DNA from: Eledone cirrhosa
Lineage: Eukaryota
DNA length: 64,000 nucleotides
Direction of reading: 5' to 3'
Assembly: GCA_964016885.1 (NCBI GenBank)
Contig: OZ024742.1
Coordinates: forward strand, 277,822,001-277,886,000
The position numbers and the translations under genes are program-made. Positions 41,806 through 55,050 of this stretch are shown in pieces. How positions within the stretch are numbered: the first letter of the stretch is position 1; the number at the start of each line of letters is the position of its first letter. Below the pieces are notes generated by a model. It ran no database searches. It saw only the letters and a list, made by a program, of their open reading frames with translations, and was not told where the DNA came from.

Positions 41806-41877
41806 ATGACAAATAGTGATTTTGTGCCAATGCTACAAAACTATTATCAGTCTATTTATAGCTTTGTTCTATATATT

Positions 41878-41890
41878 TATATATGTATAC

Positions 41891-41965
<75 letters not shown>

Positions 41966-41974
41966 TATATATGT

Positions 41975-42021
<47 letters not shown>

Positions 42022-42062
42022 GTTATATACATATATATATATATACATATATATATATATGT

Positions 42063-42130
<68 letters not shown>
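41878..42130. repeat. (TA)n-rich tract; further tracts at 42786-42902 and 43066-43166
   Basis: Direct reading. Confidence 0.93.
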
Positions 42131-42132
<2 letters not shown>

Positions 42133-42298
42133 ATTCTGTATATCTATATTTATTGTATAAACTCACAGACACCCATCCACCTACACACAACAGACACACA
42201 CATACACACACCCACTCACACGAACACATATTGTCTGTGTGTGCATATGTGTATGTCAATGTGTGTGTATGCGTATGTGTGATTCAGTGTATGTTAGG

Positions 42299-42423
<125 letters not shown>

Positions 42424-42783
42424 GCGCGTGCGTATGTGTGTATAAGCGTGTAGTAGTGTGTATAATTGCCGTTGTGGTTGCTAGAAATTGATTTAAAGTC
42501 AAAGCCATAAAATCGTGATTCTATTTTAACAAGCAATAAATAAACACAACGGGTATTAATTTAGAAATATCGATAAAATATTTAATTGAACAGTTTCTAA
42601 TATGAGATTAATGATTTCATTTGATATGAAAAAAACAAATATCAAATAAATATAAAATAAAAAAAGAAAATAAACATTGATAATAAAAATACCATATAAT
42701 ACAAAATGAGTGACAATAATACATGGCAACATTTTTGTTTTATTCACTCGCTGCCAAAGGTGAATGTTGACGTTATATACCCG

Positions 42784-42905
<122 letters not shown>

Positions 42906-43061
42906 TTAATATCATTTATATGAAGCATTGTGAGATAACTCGTTTTGGTTGTTTTCAAAAAGACTGTACAATGGAAATCAGAAATACAAGAAAACAAAAG
43001 CAAGAAAAACAACAAAACAGAGCAGTGTACACTTCCCCCTTATATTTCATGTTATCTCAAC

Positions 43062-43155
<94 letters not shown>

Positions 43156-43377
43156 ATATATATATAAGCAAAACGGATATTCAATTTGTTGGTAATTCAA
43201 CAAATATAAATGTTTATAGCTGATTCAGAGCACTCGACAGCTTTTCTGGAGTATAATATTCAATGATATTAAATAAATGGAAACTATATTTATAAAACCA
43301 TCTCAATGAGTTGTTTTAAATATTCCTTATTTTTAGGTAAGGGTACATCTTTTAGAGAAGAAGAGATCCTAAAGAAT

Positions 43378-45829
43378 CCCATGGTGGAGGCGCGACGTGG
43401 CAACAAGTCCACAATTCGGTCTTTGTTCTGATCAAAACGGGCGCATGTGGCTCGAACCCGAGCAGATGTTTGCGGCTTTTCAACAGCACTTTGCTCAATT
43501 GTTCGGGAGCGGCGGCGGGCCGGATCGGAGTATGGACTTCGGTGCATACATCGACGGACTGTAAATCGCCAGGTTTGGATGGTCTGCCCTACGAGCTTTA
43601 TGCGTATATGCCAGACATGTTCGGTGACCTCTTGGCAGATGTCTACTGCAATTGGCAGCAGAGGGGAGCATTCCCAGTTTTGTGAGCCGGGGAGCGGTGG
43701 CGCTGCTGAGAAAAGACCCGAACAAGGGGGACGTTATAGACAACTTCAGGCCCATAACTCTGCTAAACGCAGAGTTTAAGATTTTGGCCAAGGTGTTAGC
43801 AAAGATTTGGCGCTTGTCGTCGGTGATCTGGTGGGAGAGGCGCAGATATGCACCATTCCGGATTGATCCATCCACGACAACCTCCATCTCATGCGATACA
43901 TCATAGAGAGGGTGGTTAAGGAACCTGGCTCAGGTGGGGCCCTGATCAACTTGGATCAATCTAAAGCATTTGATAGGGTCGACCATCGGTACCTGGCTGC
44001 GGTCCTCGAGGCGGCCGGCTTCGGGCCCGTTTTTAGGGGCTGGATCGCTGCGATGCACAGCGGCATCTGCTCGATTGTGAGGGTAAATGGTCACCTGTGG
44101 CAGCCGTTCAGCATCATGCGCTTGTTCCGACAGGGTTGCTCCCTCTCATCCCTCTTGTATGTACTGGCCCTCGAGCCGTTACTGCACAAATTGGAGAAGA
44201 TGCGGGGGTCCCACGCGAACTGGGATGCGGAAGATCCGTGTCAGCTTACGCCAACCACGTCACCGTGGTGGTGTCGAGCACCAAACACGTCCAGATGCTC
44301 GGCACCGCTCTCAAGGAATACGAAGCGGTGACAGGAGCAAAGATAAACCAGGAAAAGTCGGTAGGCTTGCAGCTCGGCACCTGGAGAGGAAAGTCCATGC
44401 GGTCCGACAGCGTCGTGGCGCGCTGGACGAAAGGACCAGTTAAATTACTCGGGGTCTGGTTGGGTCCGGACCTCCAGATGGAGAACAACTGGAGCGAGGT
44501 CACGAGCAGGGTAGCCTCTCTCACCCAGAAATGGGCCGAGAGCAGGATGTTTCTGAAAGGTCGGGCGGAGGTAGTGAATGCGTACATAGCGTCCGTCATC
44601 TGCTACCGCCTGACCGTCGTACCTTGCCCCCGCCCAACTCTGACCAAAATCGCTTTTTGTGGAAGGGACGGGCTCCCATGGTCAGACTATCCATTTGCTG
44701 TCAACACCCGTTGCGTGGAGGACTAGGCATGCCGTGGCTGATGATGCGCAAACAAGCGCTGAGGCTACGATATCTCTGGTGCTTCCTTGACGGAGAACAG
44801 GTGTGGTCGCGGTTTGCCAGACGCGCGTTTTCCCAGCTCGTCTCCTTGACGGAGCTGCAGTCCTGGATCAGGAAGAGACCGAGAGATAGCGCTTGGAAGC
44901 TGGAATGTCTCCAAGCGCTCACCACCCTCTACCAGCTGGGCACTACTATCGGTGGGACATGCACCTCGGCGTTCTATAGAGGGCTAGTGGAGGGAAAGAG
45001 CGACGACGTTCTCGGGGAGACTCTGGGCGTCGAAGATTCCAGCTGTTCGCTCTCTTTAAGAGAACTTTGAGACCGGGACCTATGGACAACTTCCAGAATC
45101 CCTGGCCTGGCAGTGCTACCGGGGAGCGTTGCCGGTTCTGGATAAGTTCTACAGGCAAGGAGGTGCTGTCAGCCAAGCCTGTCCGAGATGCGCGCAGGGT
45201 GACGAAACCGTCCTGCACGCACTCGTTCAGTGCCCGAGGATTGCTGACTTGTGGAGCTATGTCGAACAGCTGCTGTCGCGTGTAGGACGGATCCGGTTAT
45301 CGACTGAGTCCATTGCGCAGATAGCCCCGCCCGCTTCCTTTAAAGTGGAGGAAGGGCAGGCAGTTTTCATCTGTCTGGTGGCCATGGCGAAAGAGATTGT
45401 GTGGTGGACAAGGTTGAAAGGGTTGAAGACACTTTCCTCTTCGGCCAATCCCAGATTAACTTATTCAAGTTCATTTGAAGAGGAAAATCAGGGTGGTGAG
45501 GCAAGTGTTGTCTTCTAGTAAGTTTGTTGAAAGGTGGGTGAAAGTGGCGAGTCTGGTCCGAGTGAACGGGCCCGCTCTGAGTAGACTGAGGAGTGGGAAA
45601 AGTGAGAGAGGGCGCTTGCCCTGGTAGTCAGGGCGGCCGTGGAAATTGTGTGACCCTCGGAGGTTTCCCCCTTTTTTGTGAATTTTTGTTGTTTGAATTT
45701 TTTGGGGATTTCTAGCCCAATTTTGTTATAACCTGTTTACACGGCCAAAACCCACTTTGTATCGTCCTGTACCGTCCTGTGCCGTCTGTAATGTTTTTCT
45801 TGATGTCAGCCCTTGTGGCCGATAAAGAA

Positions 45830-45830
<1 letters not shown>
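43378..45830 (+). mobile_element. Tx1-like LINE copy C: 5'-truncated, degenerate RT + CCHC
   Basis: KSPGLDGLPYE, NFRPITLLN, DQSKAFDRVDH, CPRCAQGDETVLHALVQC; 3' end GCCCTTGTGGCCGATAAAGAAA then (TTA)n at 45831-45865. Confidence 0.92.
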
Positions 45831-45865
<35 letters not shown>

Positions 45866-48492
45866 GTTCTTTGAGTCTCAGTCATTGATGTTAGTTAACT
45901 GGAAAGTTTGTTGATATGAATATCAAGCCACTACCTGCAGCCTCAGATATTCAGGACGTATCGGAGGGTTCTTGCTGTTCCCAGCAAGCATGCCTTTTGA
46001 AGTGTTCCAAAAAGCGGGGCGAGACCAATTTTCTTTAACCATCCCTGGAAACTCTTTGAGATAGTACCTAGTGCGCCTATGACAATCGGGACCACTTTGA
46101 CCCCATGGCAGTTCCAAATCCTTTTCACCTCCCACCTTTAAGTCCTGGTATCGGTTAATTTTCTCCATCTCCTTCTCTTGCACTCTCGTGTCGAATGGGC
46201 AGGCTACATCCACAATCAGGCACGATCTTTTTCACTTGTCCAAAACTACCAGGTCAGGTCTATTGTGTTCCAGTTTCTTGTCCGTCTGTATCCTAAAATC
46301 CCACAGCACCTTCACCTGATCGTTTTCCATTGCCGACTCTGGCTTATGCTCATACCACTTTTCAAAATGTGGTAAATTGTTTACTTTTCATAGGTGCCAG
46401 TGGATCACCCTGCCCATCACATCATGTCTCCAGCCCTTATAGTGAGTCTGGCTAGGTGTTTACACTCGGATACAATGTGAGCCACAGTCTCCTCTCTCTC
46501 TCTCCACAGATCCTGCACAGTGGGCTAGCCTCCTCCTTGTAAATATGGTGTTTCAGCCACTTCGTTTTGAGGGCCTGCTCTTGCGCAGCCATTAGCATTC
46601 CTTCTGTAGCCTTTTTAAGGTCTCCTCTATTCAACCAGTTCCATGTCTGTGGATATCTAAATTCAGTTTTCTCAAAGAAGGTACTATGAAGGGATTTTTC
46701 ATGAAGGTTGCTCATTCTCCTTGATATTTCTTCCTTGGACATCTGCTGGTCTATTGTCCTCTCCTTCAGTAAAATTCTGAGCATTGGCTCCTTACTATCA
46801 GTCACGTATTTGTGTAGGTTGTTTTTCGCCATCTGAACACAGTCCTCTATGCTGATAAGACCTCTTCCACCTCCAGATCTCCTTAAGTAGAGTCTATCGA
46901 CATCACTCCTCTCGTGGAACATGTTGTAGATAGTCAATAGCTTCCTAGTCTTCCTATCCATTTCTTTTTGTTCAGCAACATTGCATCTAAGAATTCCCGC
47001 ACTGTACCTAATAATAGACACAGCTCGGGAATTTACTGCACTTATGGCATTCCTACTGTTCAGATGTGACTTTAATACGCTCCTTACTCTCCGAATGTAT
47101 TCAGATCTTATCAATTCCTTCATTTTTTTGTTCTTGATGTCATCAGCCTCCAGAACACCTAAATATTTGTATCCTTCTTCAGTATCAATTTCCTTTATCA
47201 TCTCACCTGTTGGTACCTGGATTCCGTTGCTTCTGCTCAATTTACCCCTCTTCATCACAAGGACTCCACACTTACTAATACCAAATTGCATACATATATC
47301 ATTGCTGAAAATACGGACAGTGTCAACAAGCACATCCAACTCCTTCTCACTCTTCCCAAAGAGTTTAAGATCGTCCATGAAGAGGAGGTGGTTGATGGTA
47401 AGCTCTCCCTTTCCCAACTTGTATCCTGCTCTCACTTTTCGCAGTATAATGGTCAGGGGATCAGGGCAAGGACAAACAACAGAAGGGACAAACTATTTCC
47501 CTGGAAGATACCTCTCTTGATCCTCACGCAACCCAAGAATCATCCGCCCGATGTTAACTCTGTTTTCCAGGACTTCATACTTTTGCTCAACAACTGTCTG
47601 ATGTTATCTGCCACCCTGAAGATCTCTAGGCTTTTGGTTATCCAAGAATGAGGTACCATGTCGAATGCCTTTTTGTAGTCTATCCATCCCATGGCAAGAC
47701 CAGTGTGTCTCCTCCTGCAATTCCTCATTACCATCTTATCAATAAGTAACTGGTCCTTTGTACCACGGGACTTCTTTCGGCATCCTTTCTGTTCGTCCGG
47801 TAACAAGTTGTTTATGTGGAGGTGATAGTAGATTTCCTAAGGCACAATGCTTGTTAACAGTTTCCACATTACGGACAGACATGTGATAGATCTATAGTTG
47901 GTAACATCATAACCCTTGGTTCGGTCTTTCATTACCAGAACTGTGGTACCTTTTGTCAACCACTCTGGTACCTCACCTGACATCAAGCAGTCATTGAACA
48001 TGTTTGTCAGTTTCGGGTTGAGGGATCTTATATTTTTAATCCAATACCCCTGCACACCATCTGGGCCTGGTGATTTCCAGTTGGTTAGTTTTCTGGCCTG
48101 CCCCTGAAGAGTTTCAATTGTGATACTCAAATCAGTTTGTTGGTGAGCCTGTTCACTAATCTCCTTTTGTACTGTCTCAATCCACACTGCCTGATAATTA
48201 TGTTTAACATTCTGCTCCCATATTCCTCTCCAGAATGTCTGAGTTTGTTCCGCCTCAGGGATAAAGTCGTTGCCTCTTTCTTTCCCTTCAAGCTGTCCAA
48301 ACAACATCTTCTGGTTGTTGTCAAACATGCGGTTCTGTCTATACTGACTGACTCTGTTCTCGTATCGCCTGATTTTTGCACTCTTTGCTACAATGCGTTG
48401 CTTCAGTTCCTCTATGATAATATTTAGCTTTTTCCTCCCAGTTTTGTACTTTATTTCCAGTCTATTTTTAGTGTCTATGTTTTGTAGTGTCC

Positions 48493-48493
<1 letters not shown>
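45866..48493 (-). mobile_element. R4/Dong-like REL-endonuclease retrotransposon, 5'-truncated, degenerate
   Basis: [109 protein letters not shown]; (TAA)n on both sides. Confidence 0.9.
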
Positions 48494-48532
<39 letters not shown>

Positions 48533-51500
48533 GAGTCTGAACGGACGTCTTTTTGCTCGCTCTCGTAAGTTTATTTATTTACCTGTCAAAACTTATTTAT
48601 TGAATTTTGTTGTTGTTGTGTAAGGCATACAAGCCCTTGGACTTTGCCCTGTGAAGGGGAAAGTATAATATTTGGGCCTTTTGGCCCAAATATTTGAACT
48701 TTTATACATTTAAAAGAATTATCGAGAAAAAAAAATAAAAAAAAACATGGCTGAGCCCCCCCCCCCCCCCCCTCCGCGATATGTCTGCTGTCGGGCGACA
48801 ACGACGTAGAAGTTGAGAGAAGCGCTACTACGGCGAAATTAACAGAAATTGATACAACAAACACCACCACAAACAACGTGAACAAAGACAGAAATGATAA
48901 CAACACTGAGAACTCTAATTTTGAATAAAATGACAGTAACAGCGACAACCAAAATACAGATAACAGAAAAAATGACAACAAATGCAACAACAATATCAAC
49001 GCCACTAACATGGAAACAAATAGCGACAACAGCAACAATACCAACTGCACCGACAACAACGGCGGCACCAAAGAAAACAATGATAACAGCAACAACACCA
49101 ACAAGAACAACAACAACAACAACACCACCAACAAGAAGAACACTTTCGCTAAGGCAGCAGCCAAAAAGGGGCCATGCTTCAACATGGACCTCTCAAATAA
49201 AGATGAAAAGTTGTCCCAGGCCTGGAAGCTCATCAAGCAAGAGCAAACCTGGGCCAACTTAACTGTCCCGGTAGAAGCTATTGAGGCAGTGGAGCGCAGA
49301 ACGGTACATTATAGATGCATCTCAGCACAAACCAAAAGGGCAGCTTTAATTCCACAAACAGATGTCAAAGTCGCGCTGAGGTGCATCAGAGATGACACCG
49401 ACTACATAGCGAGGGGCAGACAATACGGCACCATTTCGGTGTTGTTTAAGTCAGAAGCCCCTGCTATGAAACACGCTATGACACCTTGCACAACCAGCAA
49501 GGTATAAATTACCCCTCCCACATGGGAAAAAAAACGGCCCCTCTCCGCATTCCCAGAATCCCAACAGGACTTGACATGTGGTGGCTTCTGGGATGTGTGA
49601 TAGTGGAGGTGATGGATACCGTCCCGATAGAAGTGACAAGAACTGCCAGAGAGGACTGGTCCAGGGTGGACTTGGAGATACTTCTCCAGATCAGGCCGGT
49701 GAATGTGAAGACAATCCCGGACCACATCCGCCTTCAGAATGGGACGGTCATTCATATTATGACCGAGGACAAAAGGCTGCATTGTTTTGTTTGTGGGGAA
49801 AAAACCCATTTGCGAGCCTTCTGCCCTCAACGTTTGAAGGATGTAAGAGGTCGAAGGGCTCCACTGCTGCCGACGCCGGGGCGAGGACTGCAACCAACAC
49901 CAGCACCGGAGATACGAGACAGCTTTCCTCGGGACGTGGGAACCCCGAACGTAAAACCCACTTCAAGACTTTTAAAGGGTTTCCCAAAAGAAACCCCACC
50001 AACTATGGAGGTCGAACCACCCGACCTTCACAAGAGCCCGGAAGGTAAGTAAACCTTTCCTCTCTCTGTTTTAGCCTGCCAACATGGCCGTATTAAGAGT
50101 AGAAAGTTTAAATGTTCGAGGCCTGGGATCGTCCTGGAAGCAGGGTCACCTGCTCAACGACCTCAGGTCTCTAGAGATGGATGTAATTGCCGCCAGCGAG
50201 ACCAGGATTTCCGACACGCGCGTACTAGCCCCCATTTTCGACGACTATCAGATCTTTGCATCTGTTAGTCGGCCAGGAATGGGAGGTGGGGTGGCAGTGC
50301 TGTTTAGAAAAGGCCTGGATATCGAGGTAAGGTCGATCTTCCGGGACCCGGACGGGAAGTTGGTGGTCCTGGACGTGAACAATAACGAAGGTGGTGCCTT
50401 TAGACTGGTGGCCGTCTACGCCCTTACCGGGGAAGGACGGCCGGACTTCTTTAGACGCCTGGATGCCTTTCTTGGTACGTCTCGCCCTTTACTGTTAGCG
50501 TGGGACTGGAACGGCATCTTAGACGCACGCTGGGACTGTGTGGGAGTATCCGATAGGAGCGGGGGGTGCAAAAGCCTCAAGTACCTGATCAACCAGTTCC
50601 AACTGTCTGACAGGTACCGACTAGATTTCCCCAATGCACCAGTGTGGACTTAGACTAACTGCATAGGGTCATCTAGATCGTATATAGACAGGATATTCAT
50701 TAGGAAAATAGACAGAAATAGTGTAAGCTGTCCACGTTTTAAAACGGTCGTCTATTCAGATCACAAGTTTGTGATCTGTATGGTCGACCTAGATAAGACG
50801 CGTAGGTTAGGACCTGGTTACTGGAAGCTGAACATGTCATTTCCGGCACGTAAGGCTTACAGGGAGCAGGTCAACAATTTAGTTAAGAAAACGTTGACAG
50901 GGGTTGTCGTCAACAATAGATGGTGGGGGCCTCTCAAAAGAGAGATTAGAGTAATGTCGATAGAGTTTAGTAAAGAAGTAGCGTTAGAGAAAAATAGAAA
51001 GGAGGGGGAGTTGGTAGATAAGTTAGACGAGGCTATTTGTAGTGGCATTGCAACTAATGTGCTAGCGGCGAGAATGGCATTAGACCATTTCTTCAATGCG
51101 AAACACGAAGGTTGCATTGTCAGAGCTAAGGCGCGTGCTCTGAGAAACGAGGAAACCAAAGCTGTTCGATGGGCCCGCGTGGAAGAGGCGCAGCGTGGTA
51201 ATAAAACCACGATTAGGTCTTTGACGGATCGAGATGGACACGAGCTGAACGATTCCAAACGGATGTGTGAGGCCTTTCGCCAACATTTTGTTCGGTTATT
51301 CGGGGGAAGTGGCGGGTCAGAGACGGTGGCGGAATTCAGTCCCTACCTCGATGGCTTGCCGCAACTCTCGACGGCCGACGCTGGGCGCTGCGAAAGTCCG
51401 ATTACTTCAGCCGAGATTCAGGATGCCCTTGTCGGCCGCATGAGGCGCAAGTCACCTGGTTTGGATGGTCTGCCCTACGAGCTTTACGTAAATATGCCAG

Positions 51501-52020
51501 ACTTGTTCTCCAATCTCCAAGAAGCGCTCTACTGCAACTGGCAGCAGAACGGGAGTATTCCCAGTTCTGTGAGCCGGGGTGTAGTGACGCTGATAAGGAA
51601 AGACGAGATCAAGAGGGACACATTAGACAATTTCAGGCACATAACTCTGCTCAACACAGAGTTTAAGATTTTGGCCAGGGTGTTAGCGAAGAGGTTGGCG
51701 CTTGTCGTCGGGGATTTGGTTGGGGAGGCGCAAACTTGCGCAATCCCAACCAGGTCCATATACGACAACCTCCGTCTGATGCGATACGTCATAGAGATGG
51801 TAGGGTGTAAACCTGGCTTCGGTGGCGCTCTGATCAATTTAGATCAATCGAAAGCATTCGATAGGGTCGACCATCGGTACCTGGAGGCTGTCCTCAAGGC
51901 GGCTGGCTTCTACCCCGTATTCTGAAGCTGGATCGCTGCAATGCACTGCGGCACCTGCTCGGTGGTCAAAATTAATGGCCACCTCACGTAACCGTTTCAG
52001 GTCTCCCGACCGGTCCATCA
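48533..52020 (+). mobile_element. Tx1-like LINE copy D: 5'UTR + ORF1 + APE + first half of RT, 3'-truncated
   Basis: Begins right after (ATT)n 48494-48532; ORF1 CFVCGEKTHLRAFC; ORF2 from 50084 SLNVRGL, ASET, AVYA, DWN, SDH, YWKLN, KSPGLDG; breaks at the QG motif. Confidence 0.92.
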
Positions 52021-55000
52021 AGGACCGTCCAAACCAGGCGATTTACCCCTCGTGCAATTAGCCATCGCTTCCCGTATTTCACCGGCTGTTATTGGCTTTT
52101 CCCAACACTGTGCTGCGGTCGTCGAGAGCCGAGGCAGTCCGTCGAGGTATGCACTGAAGTCCATACCCGATCCGGCCCGCCGCTGCTCCCGAACAGTTCA
52201 GCAAATAGCTGCTGAAAAGCATCACACATCTGCTCGAGTTCGAGTAACACGCGCCCGTTTTGGTCAGATAAAGACCGAATTGTGGCTTTGTTGCCACGTC
52301 GCGCCTCTGCCACCCGGGCCCATTGGACGGCTTTTGTCCCCTCGTGTTTCAGAGCACGCGCTCTAGCTCTGACAACGCAGCCTCGTGTTTTCCGTTGAAG
52401 AATTGGTCGAGTGCCAATCTCGCCGCAAGCACGTCGGTTGCGATGCCTGTCCTAAACGCCTCTTCTAGCTTTCTGACTAGCTCTCCCTCTACTCTATTTC
52501 CCTCTATCACTAGTCCTTTGCTAAACCTAATCGACTCTACTTTAATTGCCCTTTTCAAGGGGAACCACCACCTATTGTTGACGACCGCTCCGTCAACGCC
52601 CGCTTAACTAATACGCTAATCCGGTCTCTGTAGGTTTTGAGCGCTGGGAAAGACGCGTTCAGCTTCCAGTAACCGGGTCCTTGTCTATGAAGTCTGTCTA
52701 TGTCGATCTCAAAGATCACAAATTTGTGGTCTGTGTAGTCGACTATTTTAAATTGTGGACAACTTATACTAGCCTTATCTAGTTCTCTGCAGAATACCCT
52801 ATCGAGATACGATCTGGATGACCCCATGCGGTTTGTCCATGTCCACATTGGCACATTCGGGTGATCCAGTCGATACCTGTCAGACAGTTCAAAACGTCTG
52901 AGCAGGTTGGTGAGGCTCTTGCACCCTCCTCCCCTATCCACTAGCCACACACATCCCAGCGTGCGTCCAAGATATCGTTCCAGTCGCCCACTAACACTAA
53001 AGAGCGGGACATTCCAAGAAAGGTCTCTAGACGTCTGAAGAAATCTGGCCGTCCTGTCCCTGTCGGGGCATAGACGGCTACTAGCCTGAAAGCGTTGCCT
53101 TCGGTGCCGCTTACGTCCAGCACCACCGACTTACCTTCTGGGTCCAGGAAGATGGTCCGTATGGCGAGACCCAAACCTTTCCGAAACAACACGGACGGCT
53201 CAGAGATGCGTACACCTCGTAACCGTCGAAGATCGGTGCGAAAGCTTGTGTTTCGGAGATTCTCGTCTCGCTGGTGGCCACCACATCCATGTTTAGTGAC
53301 CTGATGTCGTTAAACAAGTGAGCCTGCTTCCAAACCGAGCTCAAGCCACACACGTTTACACTTCCGATCCTGAATACGGCCATGTTGGGAGAGGAACGGG
53401 GCAAGTGAGAAAGGATCACTTACCTTGATCGTCTGGTGAAGGGACCGTTGAATCGTCCCTTTGGCTGGTCGTCGGCTCTTCTGTGAGTATATCCGAGTAT
53501 ACTCTCCGGTTGAGTGTCCCTCCTAGGTCTCTGAAATCACCAACTGCGTTGAGGAAATTCATTTTAATGTTTGTATATTGTTTCTGTGATATTTTTACCA
53601 GTCTTATGTTCGTTCGTGTTTTGATTGGTGCTGGTATTATGTAGTCGTGCTGTGAAATATGTTTTCAATTATTTAAGTCATTAGTTTCTTATTGTGTGTA
53701 TTTATTGCTGAGTATTTCTTTTTCTGGGGGTGATGTGGGGTTCTGCTATTTTCTTGTCGTTGTTGCTGGGTGTGTTGTTTTATTGTTGTGTTTGCGATGT
53801 TGGTGCTTGTGCTGGTGTTGTTGAAAAGTTGTCGTTGTTGGCGGTGGGGTTGCCGCCGGCGGTGATGGTAGTGCTAGTGTGGATGGTGATGGTGTTGGTG
53901 GTGTTGCTGCTGTAAGTCTCTTTGCAGTAGCCTTCACCCTTTTTTCATTTCTTCCCTCCCTTTTCGAAGGCGACGATGCGCTGCTTCTGCGTTTGTGCCT
54001 TCTTGCGACCTTTTGCCATCCCTCTCCCACCTCACACTCCATGTCCGATTCTGTGAGGTCGGGGAGGGGTACCAGCCCCACTTTTTCACTTGTTCTTGTT
54101 GGTGATGGTTGCAGTGGAGTCTCTGTTGCAGATGCAGTTGGTATTACTGTTGTTGTTGTTAATACTTCCACTGCTGCTGCTGTTCTTGATTTCCGTGGTG
54201 TGGGTATGGGTGCCACGGACCTATTCTTCCTGCTTGCCGCCTGTCCTGTTCCTGGTAGCAGTGGAGCCGGTTTCGGAAGGAGGGGGTCCTCCTTTCTCGG
54301 GGTCTTCTCATTGCAGAAGGCCCTGGGGTGAGTCTTCGACCCACAGCGATCTTTTCAGGCGTTTGCCATCAACACTTATGGGAAGTTGAGTGCCGTTATC
54401 GAAGTCTATCACATCCGAGATAGCTTCGATGCACTCCTGGTTGGTTTGAATTAACATCTCAATGGAGGCGCCGACCCAATCTTCTCGTACTTTTTTCTGT
54501 ACTTGCAGTACGGTTGTTTTGTCCTCGAATCCAACGAGGACAGACGCGGCCAGCCAAGAAGGGGCCATCCCGGGTGCTGGGAGGTGTGACTTGGGTCAGT
54601 TTGACCCTCACAATTTTTTGCCTTCAGTCGGAGGGCACCAACGCCATTTCCTCGTGCCTTAGGGTTACTAAGGATTGAGCCTTCGCCTTCTGGGGTGTAG
54701 AAAAAAGCACGTACACGGTGGCATATTTCTTGCCTCGGGTGATATGCTTTTTCCGCTGCCACACCGACCCTAAGGCTTTTTGTATTTGAGCCTCTGTGGC
54801 TCTTTCAACCCTACGTGATTTTGTGCTTACTGTACGGTACGTGACCGTACAGTGCTGTTGGGTTTCGAAAAATTCTTCGGCTGCCTTGCAGTTGCTCGTT
54901 GTCCGGTTTTCGTCACCATCTTCCTTGCTTCCTGTAATTCCTCATTTGTTATAAGGATGGTTTCCAGCTTCTTTGCGATACCTGCAAACGCGATTGGTTT

Positions 55001-55050
55001 TTCTTTCTTGTTGTTGTTATCATCAGAGTCAATAGGTACAGAAGGGAGGA
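52021..55050 (-). mobile_element. Tx1-like segment E (inverted): ORF1 + APE + pre-RT linker up to KSPGLDG
   Basis: Minus-strand ORF1 pieces (AFAGIAKK, RTVTYR, LPISVDG); ORF2 start MAVFRIGSVNV at 53383; AVYAP, GDWN, TDH, YWKLN. Confidence 0.9.
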
